Below, piece after piece: positions 51,380 through 63,508 of a stretch of 64,000 nucleotides of DNA. Where the stretch lies: positions 3,782,001 through 3,846,000 of the forward strand of contig NC_058372.1 in NCBI RefSeq assembly GCF_018350175.1, written 5' to 3'. Each line of letters opens with the position of its first letter. Position 1 is the first letter of the stretch. The position numbers were made by a program, and so were the translations under genes. Source of the stretch: Felis catus. Its lineage: Eukaryota. The notes beneath the pieces were generated by a model. It saw nothing but the letters and a program-made list of their open reading frames with translations, had not been told where the DNA came from and searched no databases.

Positions 51380-52385
51380 TAGAAAAACGTAGCCAGTGAT
51401 CAGAAGCAGGTTTACCCAGAAGCTAATGAAACTCAAATATCAGGCGCAAAGGCCTGAGAGGGGCTCTTGGGACTGTGTTCACTGGGTCTCATTTTTTTTG
51501 CAAAATTTCAATGTTAAAATATTTTCTTCACAGCCGGTTAGACTTGTTGTCTATTGGAAGTTAATCTTCCCTTTCATTACAGTTCACCTTTTGTCTGATT
51601 ATGGTGAGATACTGAAGAACATATCTGGATTTGGGTAAGAGAAAATGGAGTTGAATGTATTTGGGTAAGGGTTAATGACATGAGAAGTGCGATTTGCAGA
51701 TGTGCTCATATATAGTTCAGTTCTAGCCAATCTGAAGTAAGAATGGTGTCAAGGAGTTTTCTCCTGTTCATGGACAAACTCAGCTGGATTACAGACAAGA
51801 AGATGTCGGACTCCTGTCATTATATGACATCTACATTTTTGTAGCAACCGCGCTGGCAGTGAACGTATAGTACAGACGAGTCAAGATTTGAAATGTACAG
51901 AACGGGAAGCTAGTCCATGAAGAAATCCTCTAAATTTTACAACTCACGTATGCAAGAAGCTTGACAGGATTTTCTAAATTTGAAAACAGTCTTACACATG
52001 ACATTACCAATAATGTGCTTTGAAGCTGAAAGTACTAAGCGATCAGGAGAACAAAACAGTTTGTGATCAATCGTGCTGGAGGAAATACTGAATTCTCTTC
52101 CTTCCTATTGTCTATATAGAAAATAGTACAAAATAACTTTCGAGTGAAGATGAAGTCGGAGTATGCGGTCAAAAAACAGGAAAATAAGCATGATAAGGTT
52201 GTATTCGAGAGTTAATAAAATGTGCTATTCTTCTGAACTTTGTGATGGCTATGGTTTTATTTTTGCAAAATTGGAATTTGGCTCAGCTTTCCATTATAAA
52301 TTAATATTCACCGTCTAGTTTTGTATTTGAAATTTTGAATTGTAATTAAGAGTTGCCAAGTTGTGTCAATTTTAGGCCTCAGAAA
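51380..52385. mobile_element. Old hAT DNA transposon fossil (Zaphod/Tip100-like, tentative)
   Basis: Degenerate hAT transposase-like text (cattaccaataatgtgctttgaagctgaaag...). Confidence 0.4.
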
Positions 52386-52622
52386 AAGCTTAACTAGCAT
52401 CAGTTCATTATACTTTTAAACTTAGGAAATTAACAAGGAAATTAACACTTAAGTGGATGGATACTGATCATGCTATTAGGTTAACTTCTATTATGCCAAG
52501 TGGACCAGGGCAGGAATTACAGGAGATGGTCAGGAGCTCCTACAAACTCACATAACTAAATGTTCTCTTTTATTAAAGCCCAACCAGGTAACAATCCGTG
52601 GAAGCTCTTCAGAGAATTGCAC

Positions 52623-52830
52623 TACCAACGAGACGCCCTGGAGGGGGCGCCTGGGTGGTTCTCTCGGTTAAGCTCCGACTTCCGCCCAGGTCGGGATCTC
52701 CGGGTTCTCGAGTTCGGGCCCCGGCAGGCCCTGTGCTGACAGCTCAGAGCCAGGAGGAGCCGGTTTCATTCTGGGGTGTCCCTCTGCCTCCCCACTACTC
52801 GCCCGGTCTCTCAAAAATAAACATTAAACA
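52623..52830 (+). mobile_element. Can-SINE
   Basis: Head, body, aataaacattaaa tail; TSD-like cctggaga/cctggagg. Confidence 0.8.
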
Positions 52831-53101
52831 ACTCCCTGGAGAACTCAAAGCCAATTTAAAGCTTACTTTGTCCTCAATTTCTTGTATGCACGTCAAACTG
52901 GTCTAAAGTGTGAATAACTAGATCTACATTCAACAAGCCGCCACTCCAATGACAAATCACTTACTAGAACGGACTGGGAGAAAGGGATATGAAACGCTCA
53001 GATACCGAACATGAAAGATATCCGTAAAGGACTATTTCCATAGCGGCTCAATTACGCCAAGCAATTAAAAGTTACAGGTACTTTTAAGAGAAAGTGTGGG
53101 T

Positions 53102-53117
53102 GGCTCTGAAAAGAGCC
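53102..53117 (-). terminator. Histone 3' stem-loop of H3
   Basis: Minus strand GGCTCTTTTCAGAGCC-ACCCA. Confidence 0.95.
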
Positions 53118-53138
53118 TTTTTCAACCAGAAGCCGGCA

Positions 53139-53549
53139 TTACGCACGCTCCCCGCGGNNNNNNNNNNNNNNNNNNNNNNNNNNNNNNNNNNNNNNNNNNN
53201 NNNNNNNNNNNNNNNNNNNNNNNNNNNNNNNNNNNNNNNNNNNNNNNNNNNNNNNNNNNNNNNNNNNNNNNNNNNNNNNNNNNNNNNNNNNNNNNNNNNN
53301 NNNNNNNNNNNNNNNNNNNNNNNNNNNNNNNNNNNNNNNNCGCTNNNNNNNNNNNNNNNNNNNNNNNNNNNNNNNNNNNNNNNNNNNNNNNNNNNNNNNN
53401 NNNNNNNNNNNNNNNNNNNNNNNNNNNNNNNNNNNNNNNNNNNNNNNNNNNNNNNNNNNNNNNNNNNNNNNNNNNNNNNNNNNNNNNNNNNNNNNNNNNN
53501 NNNNNNNNNNNNNCGTCGACTTGCGCGCCGTCTGCTTCGTGCGAGCCAT
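53139..53549 (-). CDS. H3C3: Replication-dependent histone H3 (interior N-masked)
   Basis: MARTKQTARKST...RGERA*, exactly 411 nt; H3.1 versus H3.2 not visible; paralog name by synteny. Confidence 0.9.
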   Translation of the reverse strand: MARTKQTARKSTXXXXXXXXXXXXXXXXXXXXXXXXXXXXXXXXXXXXXXXXXXXXXXXXXXXXXXXXXXXXXXXXXXXXXXXXXXXXXXXXXXXXXXXXXXXXXXXXXXXXXXXXXXXXXXXXXXXXXXXRGERA

Positions 53550-53599
53550 CTGAAACAACCAAGAACACACAGAACCTGATGAGCAAGGGCGAAGTTCCC

Positions 53600-53706
53600 C
53601 TTATATACAGTAAGAAGCATTCTGATTGGTCTTGTCATTTTTCAAAAGAACCGCGCGATAAAACCATTGGTCGAAGGGTACATTAGTTACTGGAGAGCCT
53701 GATTGG
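53600..53706 (-). promoter_or_regulatory. H3 promoter
   Basis: Minus strand TATATAA near 53601-53607; CCAAT boxes at 53625, 53666 and 53702. Confidence 0.8.
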
Positions 53707-54410
53707 ATGAATCACTCCACCTCATCCCTCTTTTCAGCGTCCAGGTTCTGTTTTATCCTTTCACTGAGTACAGCGTGAAAAGCGAGGATTTCACCATGCG
53801 AAACGTAACTTTTGGTTCAGTAAACCTAAGTGGGACCTGAGATTCTCAATTCCTGACAGGCTCGAATGTCACCAACCTGCTGGGCTGCACACTTCTCTGA
53901 GTGCGATTGTCTTGTCTCCTTCTCCCCTAGACGGCTGGAGTAGTTATTTTTAAGTAAACCTCGGGTCTCTTGGACTGCCACTTCCTAGGTCTTTGGTCGT
54001 TATACCTCCCTTAATACAGTTTCCTGTGTGAAACTACATGGCAGGGTCCCTGAATGGACCTGGAAGATAGCATGTAAAGCACTTGGTCTGGTAATGCTAG
54101 ATTCACACTACACTGGACAGCAACAAATGATCTCGGACTTAGTTTGATACGATGGGTTTTCCTTAAATTGAGAATTTGAAAATCCCGCGCGGCTTTCTTA
54201 TTGGCCAAACGCAAATTTCCATTCTGCTTGTTATGCTTACATTTGAGGCCCTTTACTTTTTGTAGGTCAGTTCCATCTGACATAAAGTTCAGTGGGGGTT
54301 TTTTGTTTTTCTTGAACAAGGTTTTGATGTTACCTTGTCTTTTACAGATTCAGGACTGATTCTACCAACGTAACAGGCTGGTTACTAGCTTTTCATGTGA
54401 AAATGTGGAT

Positions 54411-54426
54411 GGCTCTGAAAAGAGCC
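54411..54426 (-). terminator. Histone 3' stem-loop of H2A
   Basis: Minus strand GGCTCTTTTCAGAGCC-ATCCA; downstream GAAAAGCTAG. Confidence 0.93.
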
Positions 54427-54476
54427 TTTGATTAGCTGTAGAAAAGCGGAAGATCCGTGGTGTTCTGGGCTAGACT

Positions 54477-54869
54477 TNNNNNNNNNNNNNNNNNNNNNNN
54501 NNNNNNNNNNNNNNNNNNNNNNNNNNNNNNNNNNNNNNNNNNNNNNNNNNNNNNNNNNNNNNNNNNNNNNNNNNNNNNNNNNNNNNNNNNNNNNNNNNNN
54601 NNNNNNNNNNNNNNNNNNNNNNNNNNNNNNNNNNNNNNNNNNNNNNNNNNNNNNNNNNNNNNNNNNNNNNNNNNNNNNNNNNNNNNNNNNNNNNNNNNNN
54701 NNNNNNNNNNNNNNNNNNNNNNNNNNNNNNNNNNNNNNNNNNNNNNNNNNNAGTTGCCCTTGCGGAGGAGGCGGTGCACGCGGCCCACCGGGAACTGCAG
54801 CCCGGCCCGCGACGAGCGCGTCTTGGCCTTGGCGCGAGCCTTGCCGCCCTGTTTACCGCGTCCAGACAT
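54477..54869 (-). CDS. Histone H2A type 1 (3' two-thirds N-masked, 54478-54751)
   Basis: [39 protein letters not shown]; a 393-nt CDS would end on the visible A at 54477; intactness inside the mask unseen. Confidence 0.8.
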
Positions 54870-54964
54870 ATCAAGGGAGACTAATTCACCAGCTAAAGCT
54901 CCGCGAAATACAAAGAGACGAACTTGGCAGCTCAGGGAAATTAAAAAAAAAAAAAAAAAAAGTT

Positions 54965-55159
54965 CTTTTATAGGCAGAGAGGGGATGAGCCAATACGCCT
55001 TCCCATTGGTCAAAGTATGTTTGCCTGTGTATCCAATAGGAAGAGAAACTGTGCATCCCTCATTTGCATAAACCCCTCCCCTTGATGAAAGTGTTCTGCT
55101 TTTATCCAATCAGAAGTGATAATTCTTGAACCTTCATTTGCATTGAAGAAGTATAAAAG
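54965..55159. promoter_or_regulatory. Bidirectional H2A/H2B promoter
   Basis: Outward TATAAAAG boxes at 54965-54972 (-) and 55152-55159 (+), several CCAAT boxes, octamers ATTTGCAT at 55062 and 55136. Confidence 0.9.
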
Positions 55160-55240
55160 AATGGGCTCTGGACCCCTCACAACACTAACCTTTGTTGTGG
55201 TGAGTGCGATTAGCATTTCTACAGCTCTTAGGAAAAAAAC

Positions 55241-55621
55241 ATGCCTGAGCCCTCCAAATCTGCTCCTGCCCCGAAGAAGGGCNNNNNNNNNNNNNNNNNN
55301 NNNNNNNNNNNNNNNNNNNNNNNNNNNNNNNNNNNNNNNNNNNNNNNNNNNNNNNNNNNNNNNNNNNNNNNNNNNNNNNNNNNNNNNNNNNNNNNNNNNN
55401 NNNNNNNNNNNNNNNNNNNNNNNNNNNNNNNNNNNNNNNNNNNNNNNNNNNNNNNNNNNNNNNNNNNNNNNNNNNNNNNNNNNNNNNNNNNNNNNNNNNN
55501 NNNNNNNNNNNNNNNNNNNNNNNNNNNNNNNNNNNNNNNNNNNNNNNNNNNNNNNNNNNNNNNNNNNNNNNNNNNNNNNNNNNNNNNNNNNNNNNNNNNN
55601 NNNNNNNNNNNNNNNNNNNNN
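55241..55621 (+). CDS. H2BC3: Histone H2B type 1-B (mostly N-masked, 55283-55627)
   Basis: MPEPSKSAPAPKKG start; end inferred from the canonical 381 nt; synteny with H3C3. Confidence 0.85.
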
Positions 55622-55650
55622 NNNNNNTTGGAGGCACAATCCAACCCAAA

Positions 55651-55666
55651 GGCTCTTTTCAGAGCC
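55651..55666 (+). terminator. Histone 3' stem-loop of H2B
   Basis: GGCTCTTTTCAGAGCC-ACCCA; downstream AAGGAGAGCT near 55680. Confidence 0.95.
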
Positions 55667-56913
55667 ACCCACTTTATCAAAGGAGAGCTATAACTTCCAT
55701 TCCTCGGCTGAGCAATTGCAAGCTTGGGCTACAGTCTTAAGGAATCCACTGAAATGGTGATCCGTGGGGGCATTTTTAGAGCCAAGCATGCGTTTGGATG
55801 GTCACTAACTAGGCTCTCAGCGAAATAAACTACTGTGGCGCAATGGCTGTGCTGCAAAGCGCCACTTCACCTGTAAGGTTTTTTTCAGCTCACGTTTCGT
55901 TTTCCCCCAAACTCGGAATACTTGGAAGCGCTCACTCCTTTCCCTGTGTCTGCACGTTTCTAAAGGAGACGGGAGTTTCCCTGCTAGGTAAAGCAGTGAC
56001 TACAGCATTTCAAAATAGGGACCCTCCGCGGATTACTATTCCATGCTGCCCTATTGGGAGGAGGAGAGGTCCAGGTACTAGAAAGCCGGTAGGGGCACGT
56101 ATTCCCGGAGCCTCAACTCCCCAGGACCTAAAGCATTAGGTAAACAGCGGAGCCACCCGTGGTTCCCGTGGGTATCTATGGGGTATACCTCAAGCTCTCT
56201 GCGCACACATTAAATGAAATTACTCTAGTTTCGCATTAGAATTGTTTACCGATGGCAACAGCTGATCTAAAGCCGTTTCAGTTTTTCTTGCAGGTGGGCA
56301 ACCCGGGCTCCTATTTCCTGTGTCACTGGTTTCTCTGGAATGCCACCAGAAGGGCGGGAAGCACGGCCCTGCAGCTCTAGGAAGGACAAAGAGTTTGAAT
56401 TTCCCGCGCTTCCCCTTCGCGGCACCTCGTTGGCTGGCCGGGAGGGCCCCGCAGAGGCTGGTATGCGGGTTGTTCTTAGTAAACCTTTTTCAAAAAACTG
56501 GGACTCCAAAAATGATGCTCAAAAGACAGTAATGATCTTGGTGGAGGAAAAGGAGATATTTGGGCAGGTCTGGGTCCCGGTTTGAGGGGGGCGGTGTCAG
56601 ATTGGGCAGGACTGAGCTGTTGACTGCCTGTGAAAAGGGGAGGGAAAGAATATTTTTCATCGGTTTACGAACACCTTACGTAAGGGCGATCTACAACAGT
56701 GTCCTTTGGATGAAGAAGTCAAATTTGAAGTAGGATTTCTTTAATTTTTTTTTTTAAGGACCCCTTTAAAATGAAAAGTTAAATTTAAATTCTCTTTTCC
56801 CAGATACCACGTCAGTAGACTGCTGTGTATTTACTCTCAGCAGAGGCAACATATAGCTGTGAAAGAGACCCCTGTCTTTAAAATTAATTCTTATAAAAAG
56901 ACATCTCCCCTCA

Positions 56914-57075
56914 NNNNNNNNNNNNNNNNNNNNNNNNNNNNNNNNNNNNNNNNNNNNNNNNNNNNNNNNNNNNNNNNNNNNNNNNNNNNNNNNNNNNNNN
57001 NNNNNNNNNNNNNNNNNNNNNNNNNNNNNNNNNNNNNNNNNNNNNNNNNNNNNNNNNNNNNNNNNNNNNNNNNNN
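56914..57075. other. 162-nt N run outside any histone CDS
   Basis: Direct reading. Confidence 0.95.
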
Positions 57076-58743
57076 GCTACAGTTTAAGAATCACTGACAC
57101 TTATGTTCTTCCCCTGGAGAGGTGAGATCTGGATGGTAATATTATTTCCTATCCTTTTCAAAATGATCTTTTCAAAATGATCAGATTATTTTCTCCCCAT
57201 CTTGTCCTTCAAAACTTTTGCCCGCCTGCTTGCTTCGGTCCCTTTCTTCTCTCTCTCCTCCTCTCCCTCCTGCTTCCCTTCCTTCCTGATATTTGATGCT
57301 TTACCTAAAACTTTACCCTTAATTGACGAGTTCAAACTAAACCCCAAGCCTCCTAGACTCAGACCTAGGCCTTTTTGCCATCTCTCCTGGATACCTGGCT
57401 GATCTGTAACAAGTGAACGAGAATTTTTTAAAAAATCGATGTCCGGACCCTGTGGTAGGACCCCAGATCTATAGTGGGAGTGCGGAGAAACCAGAAAATT
57501 TTTTTTATAAAATCTCCTCAGTTGTATCCGATAAAGCACCAACTTTGGACACAGCAAGGCCAGCAGTCAAGCCATCAAAGTTAAATTCTAGAAGGGTTTA
57601 TACACCCCCTTGCTTAACAAAACACCCACATTTTCTTCAGAGAGGCAGTCTCTGAGTAACGAAGCAAACGAGCAAAAAATAACCTGTCTTACCTTCCTGA
57701 TTCTCCTTTCAGTCATGGAAAGTTCTTCCTACCTTCCGGTCCAACAAAGGTGACCTGGAGACAGGAAGAGCTGAATTTGTAGGGGAGAAACACTTTCTGG
57801 ACCCCCTGTTATCTGTTTGTGGACCTTTCTTCTCTTTTCCAAAATCTCAGCCTCCCTCCAAATGAAAGGTCTCCCAACCCCCTCTGTCTGCCCATCAACC
57901 ATTCAAAATAATTTCAAATAGACAAATAATAATCTACTGTAATTCCATTATCCGGGACATTTTTGCCCTCAACCTTCCGGAAGTTTTACTTTGTGCAAGT
58001 CTATATGGACAGGTGTATAAATGTAATACAAGTGAGAGCATACCTTCTGTTATCCTTTTCAATTAATAGAGATCTTGTTGCCGGGTAAACTGGGAAAACT
58101 CGCCCTGAGGCCTCGACTGAGCCGGTCCCAAAGGAGTCGCCAAAGGTTATTGGTCTTGTCAGGAGAAAGAATCCAAAGACAGACAGAACACAGCGGACGA
58201 GGGACACAAGTGGGAGAGTCTGTTGACGTGAAAAGTACACTCTTGAGATAGGAGAAGGAGAAAGCTCCAGAGAGACAGCCAGCTGCCTCCCTGGGGTTCG
58301 GGTTTCTTTCTTTTATCCTAGGTGTTAACTAGGATGTTCACTAGGGACGAAAAGCGGGGTTTCAGGCCTTTTTTTCCTAATTTGCTCAGGGGCTTTCTGT
58401 CACAGCGCCGCCATTTTGGGCCTGTCTGGTGTGACGGGCCTCTCACTTTCCAGATAGCTGGCCACCACTTCCTCGTTGCTGACCTCCAGGCATCCTGTTG
58501 CAATGTAACTAACTGCCTACTCTAACAGTACCAGAAGGAGAGCTATTGTCAGGCATACCTGTTTTGTTTTTTTTTTTTTTTTTAATCTGAAAGGTTTTTC
58601 TGCCAGGCAGAGCAAACATCTGATTGACCAAACATCTACGCTTACCTTTCTGTGAATTGCCCCCTCCCCTTTGAAGCCCCAGGCCCCTATCCCATTTCTT
58701 AGCTCAGGATAGCCTACAGGCCTCAATTGCCTGACGGCCTTTG

Positions 58744-59917
58744 TGAGGACGTTTTGGAGTGAAGGGGGAAGGGGGGTTCGGAGCCAATGGCCAAGCAAGA
58801 ATTCTTGAAGACCTCTTTGGTGCAAAAAGGTGATTTTTTTTTTTTTAATTTTTTTTTCAACGTTTATTTATTTTTGGGACAGAGAGAGACAGAGCATGAA
58901 TGGGGGAAGGGCAAAGAGAGAGGGAGACGCAGAATCAGAAACAGGCTCCAGGCTCTGAGCCATCAGCCCAGAGCCCAACGCAGGGCTCGAACTCACAGAC
59001 CGCGAGATCGTGACCTGGCTGAAGTCGGACGCTTAACCGACTGCGCCACCCAGGCGCCCTGTAGGTGATTTTATTAAAGCAGGGGGACAGGACGGGTAGG
59101 CAGAAAGAGCTGCCCTGGGGCTGTGAAGAGTGACTGATTATATACCCTCAGGCTGGGGCGGGGTGGGGTTAGGGGTAGAGTGTATCTCTAAGGAATTGTG
59201 GAAGCAACGTTTCTAGGACCTTGAGGGAGTAGCTGTTGTTAGAAAAATGTCATTTATTACCGTTTAGTGAAACCTCAGTCATGAGACCTTCAGATGTATA
59301 TCAGGGCCCATAAGCTGAGAATATAATTGCCAACATATACTTGGGGATTAAAGATAAAGGAGGTTTGCAAAGGAATTTTTATGTGTTTCAGGAGACTTAT
59401 AGGATCTTGGGGGGTCGGGGTAATGTTAAGCTAAGGCTCTCTTTTGCCCCCAGCAAAGTGTGACCATTGAGGCAGCTGAGCTCCCAGAGGGAGGTCACTC
59501 TGCCGGTTTCAAGGGCTTGTCAATGGGGTGTAGACAGTAAGGAAATATAATTTTTCATTTGCCTTAGTTTCCCCCATCACCATGGCAAGCACTTAAACCC
59601 CCTTCCATCTTGATGAGGGTGATATTAGGGCTCCAGGAAATGGAGCCTATAGGTGTCTGGGAATTAGGCTGTGGATAAGATTGCCTTTTTCTTGCCATTT
59701 ACTAAGAGAGCTCTCCATAAACTGAAGGAGATTCCTGTCCTGCAGGACTGTGATCTCCACGAGTCAACCATCTGCTTTCTTTCCTTTCCCCTGTTCTTGG
59801 GTGGCCAGGAGTGTCCGAGGAATATCACACACATCCCACCTGGGGTGGGGGGTGTGGGGGCAGAGGGGTGCTGTTAGCCTGTACTTTGCCCTCAGCTTGC
59901 CCCACACCCCCTCATCA
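58744..59917 (-). mobile_element. ERV1-like solo LTR carrying a young Can-SINE (about 58832-59060), inserted in an older MER34-like LTR (about 58500-60060)
   Basis: TG...CA ends with 4-bp TSD TTTG (58740-58743, 59918-59921); SINE TSD aggtgatttt; homologous to 63509-64000. Confidence 0.8.
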
Positions 59918-60484
59918 TTTGAGTCTCCTGTCTTTGTGGGGCTCTCATACATAAGAAATTACTTTTGTTTTTCTCCTGTTAATCTGCCCGGTGTCGGTAT
60001 AATTATTAAACCAGCCAAAGGGCCTAGAAAGGAAGAAGGGAACGTTTGTCCACCTCTGCATTTTCATTGCTGGTTTACAGATGAAAATGAGTGGCTGTGC
60101 CATTTGTTGGGGTCTATGTGTTTGCTAACTTTTTGTCTGGTCGCTCTATCAGTTGTTGATAGGGGTGTTGACCTGTTTACCTCTAACTGTGGATTTGCCT
60201 ATTATTCCACTCGGCTCAACCATTTTTTGCCTCATGTATTTTGCGAGGCTGTTATTTGGTGCTTATACATTTAGAATTGTATGGCTTTCTTAGTAGTTTG
60301 ACCCTTTTATCGGTCTGTAATGTCCCTTTCTATCTCTGGTAACTTTCTTTGCTCTGGTTTACTTATCTGATTAGGAGAGGCAATCCTGATTCCTTTCGTT
60401 GATATTTGTACGGTTTCACTTCTCCTACCCTTTAATTTCAACCTGCGTGTGTGGTTCTGTTTCAAGTGAGTTCCTTGTAGACAG

Positions 60485-61053
60485 TGAAGGGGGACATTAT
60501 TTGCCACCCTAAAATATACCTCTTTGGTGTAAGGATTACCTTGAGTGGATTCTTTATTTCTTTAAATAGCAGACATTTAAAAAGCTTTGAAACCCCAGTA
60601 GAAGTTAGTCATTTGTGAGAGAAGTTTACATTTACCAGGGAGATCTGCATTTGTCAGAGTGTTTCCCTCTCTGTACTGGGAAAAGGATGACTAAAACTAG
60701 GGGGATCCATTGGACAAGGCAAAGATTTAAATCTGCCTAAAGATTTAAATCTGGTCAAAGATTTAACCATACCCGGTTAAATGTGCTTTGCCTGGTAACT
60801 TCCCAGAACTGGCCCCCCCACCCCCACCCCCAACATCTTTTGTGTTTAGCTGGAGATCGTATTTAAGGCGGTGGCTTGGGCCATTTGGGGCATTACTCAA
60901 TACTTCCTGGATCTCTCCCTTGTGTACAGGAGGTACACATGTTATTAAACCTCAGTTTGTTTTTCTCCTGGTAATCTTTTATTCCAACAATAAGAGGGGG
61001 TCTCAGCCAACAACCTAGAAGGGTAGAGGGAAAATTATTTTTCCTCCCCTATA
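60485..61053 (+). mobile_element. MER34-like solo LTR
   Basis: tgaaggggg...aacctagaagggtagagggaaaattatttttcctcccctata; TSD ACAG. Confidence 0.75.
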
Positions 61054-61150
61054 ACAGCGTACATTTGTAGCACATTTTTATCCACTCAGCCAATCTCTGT
61101 TTTTTAATGGATGCATTTAGATCATATATATTTAGTGCTATTATTGACAT

Positions 61151-61598
61151 TGATGGGGCTCAAGACCTACTACCCCAAAAGATGGCACCTTGACATACTG
61201 AATATCTTAAGTCAAAGGAGTTTGGGAAAACAGCAAAAGCAAGAAGTTCACTTTGACCTCCTCTTCCCTAAAGACAGGATTAGGGAAACATGCTTATTAC
61301 CAGAAACAGGGAATTTAGGGCCAAGAAAGCTGTATGAACAAACCTTGTTACTTCTTCACCATTTACTACCCATTGCCCAAACCCCTTTGTCTTTTCAGTC
61401 CTTTACAAAGATGTTTCATTGTAAGAGCTTCCTACTCTGGTCACTTTAGGTTTTCATTTTTTTTAGGAAGGCTCCCAAGTACGTGTAAAAGTTCTAATAA
61501 AATGTGTATGCTTTTCTCCTGCTAATTTATCTTTGGCAATTTCATTATCAGACCTAGCGAGGAGCCCTAAAAGGGTTGAGGAAAAATTTTTCTCCCAT
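61151..61598 (+). mobile_element. MER34-like solo LTR
   Basis: tgatggggctcaagacctactaccccaaaa...gaggaaaaatttttctcccat; TSD ACAT. Confidence 0.7.
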
Positions 61599-63044
61599 AC
61601 ATGTTAGGCCTTAAGTTTGCCATTTTAGTTTTTGTTTTCTGGTGTTTTTTTTGTCTGTTTGTTTGTTTGTTTGTTTTCCCCCTCACTGTTACCCACTTTT
61701 TGTTTTCTAGGTCTGGCTTTCCTGTGGGCTACTTGAGTATTTTCTTTAGACAATTTGATTCTGATTCATTTATTGTCTTTGGATAGTTTTTTAGTGGTTG
61801 CTCTAGGTATCGCATACACATAACATCACAGTCCACTGGTATCTACATGTTACCAGGTCAACTGTACCAAGCTTCTCTCCTTTTAAATCATTTACCCTGT
61901 TTATAATATAATTATCTGAAATATTTCCTCTCTATATATTGATGACCGGAAGCCTTCTTCTCATCCCCGATCTGATGGAGTATGGATTCCCGATGCTGCG
62001 AATGTCTGCACTCCAGCTTCTATTCTGCGGTTTTGAAACAGGCCTTAATCTTGCCTCCTATTTTACCCAGCACTCTACATACCCCTTCCTCCATCCAAAG
62101 TGACCTACTTTATTCAGGAAATTAGAACAGTCCTACCTCTGGCCCTCGGCTCCTGACATTCCCTTGGCTTTGGATGAGCGTGGGCTTTCATGGGAGCATT
62201 CACTCTTCCTGCTTGGCTAGCTTCTTCACCGCTTTCAGGTTTGAACTCAAACCTGAAACTCATACCCGAACTCATACCCTCCTGGTGCGGCTCTCCCTGA
62301 CCGTCCCCGTGTGTCTCAGATATGCCCTTTTCCTACTTTGTCTCCATGCCGCTCGTCACCAAAAACCGCACTGTCCTCTTCTGTGCATTTAGCCCATTGT
62401 GCACCTCGCCACGCTAGGAGGGCGTCACCACAAGGGTACAGTTTTCCATCTGCCATGGACACTGCCATGTTCCGTGGACCTGGAACTCTCTGGCATTTAG
62501 TCGGTATTCAATGAGTATGTGTGGACTGAATGCTGAATACTCACCTCCCTCATGAACTCTCTTGACCCTTCTGATTCGCAGTGATTACCCCTCTCTGCCA
62601 CCCATTCTCATATTCCTGATTGCTTACACCTTCATTTTTGGAGGCAGAATATCCTGTACTATTTAATCTTCAGACATACAGTCCTTCTCTTTTCAAAAAG
62701 TGTCAAGTCTTTGAGGCAGGATTTGAGACCTTCTATATCTTCATCTTGCAAAGACATTGAGCCAGTGGTTGTTGTTTACTGCTGTCATTGACACTGAAGA
62801 TAATGATGAAAAATTAAAAGGAGAGTGAATATTGTCAAGAGAAAGAGTCCTAAGTGTCTGAAGACTTAAGAGAAGGCAAAAAAGAAATGGAAGATGCACA
62901 TCTTGACTCTCCTGCCTGGTTCACTGGATCAAAGGATGCTTCTCTGACCGTTGGCTTATGAGTAGATTTTTCTTACACATAGGTTCGTGTTCCTTTTACC
63001 ATCCTATTTGGGACTCAGAAGACCTTTAGGCTTGAGTCTGCAAA

Positions 63045-63151
63045 AATCTTGGTGTTTTTCCTCTTATGGTCCAGAAGATAGACCTGTTCACCTTCCTCTG
63101 GGCCCCATCAAGGTCTATCTTCTGGACCATAAGAGGAAAAACACCAAGATT
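63045..63151. repeat. Perfect 41-bp inverted repeat with 25-nt spacer
   Basis: 63045-63085 is the exact reverse complement of 63111-63151. Confidence 0.97.
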
Positions 63152-63508
63152 CCTCCCGGCAATGTCTCTCGATGTTACTGTATTCCTTGACATGAGCGCT
63201 AAGACCAGGCAAAGACTGCAGTCATATAAACACCGCATTTATAATACATCATCTTTTTTGTGTATTTCAGTGTTGTGGGGCATTTGTTCCCTCATTTCCT
63301 AAAAGTCCCAAGACTTCTTGTGTTTGCGTTTCAATGTTTCGGCCCTCTAACCACGAGGGGTGCAGTACGCTATGGATATGGAGGATGACAGAAGAATTTT
63401 CTGAACCAACCAAGTGTTGTAGCCAAGTGAAAAAATGGAGAAGGTAGGAGTTGGGAATGGCAACGGGGGCAATGGGTTTCCCAACCAGGAGTTTGGAGTC
63501 CTTGGTCC

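Larger units (their letters stand above)
60061..61945 (-). mobile_element. Old L1 fragment interrupted by two LTRs
   Basis: Antisense L1M text (ctctaactgtggatttgcctatt; ttcaagtgagttccttgtagacag) resumes after each LTR. Confidence 0.65.

Noticed and set aside
54432-55109. 225-aa extended H2A ORF and similar extensions of H2B, H3 and H4
   Set aside because: Real stops are hidden in the N runs, and upstream starts lie in promoter or leader sequence
56914-57075. 162-nt N run after a TATAAAAAG, considered as a masked small RNA gene
   Set aside because: Content invisible; the right flank resembles a MER5-type transposon end
47115-60770. Short direct repeats (47115, about 48637, about 57156, about 60721) as a CRISPR-like array
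   Set aside because: Unrelated local slippage duplications in mammalian DNA; no repeat-spacer periodicity
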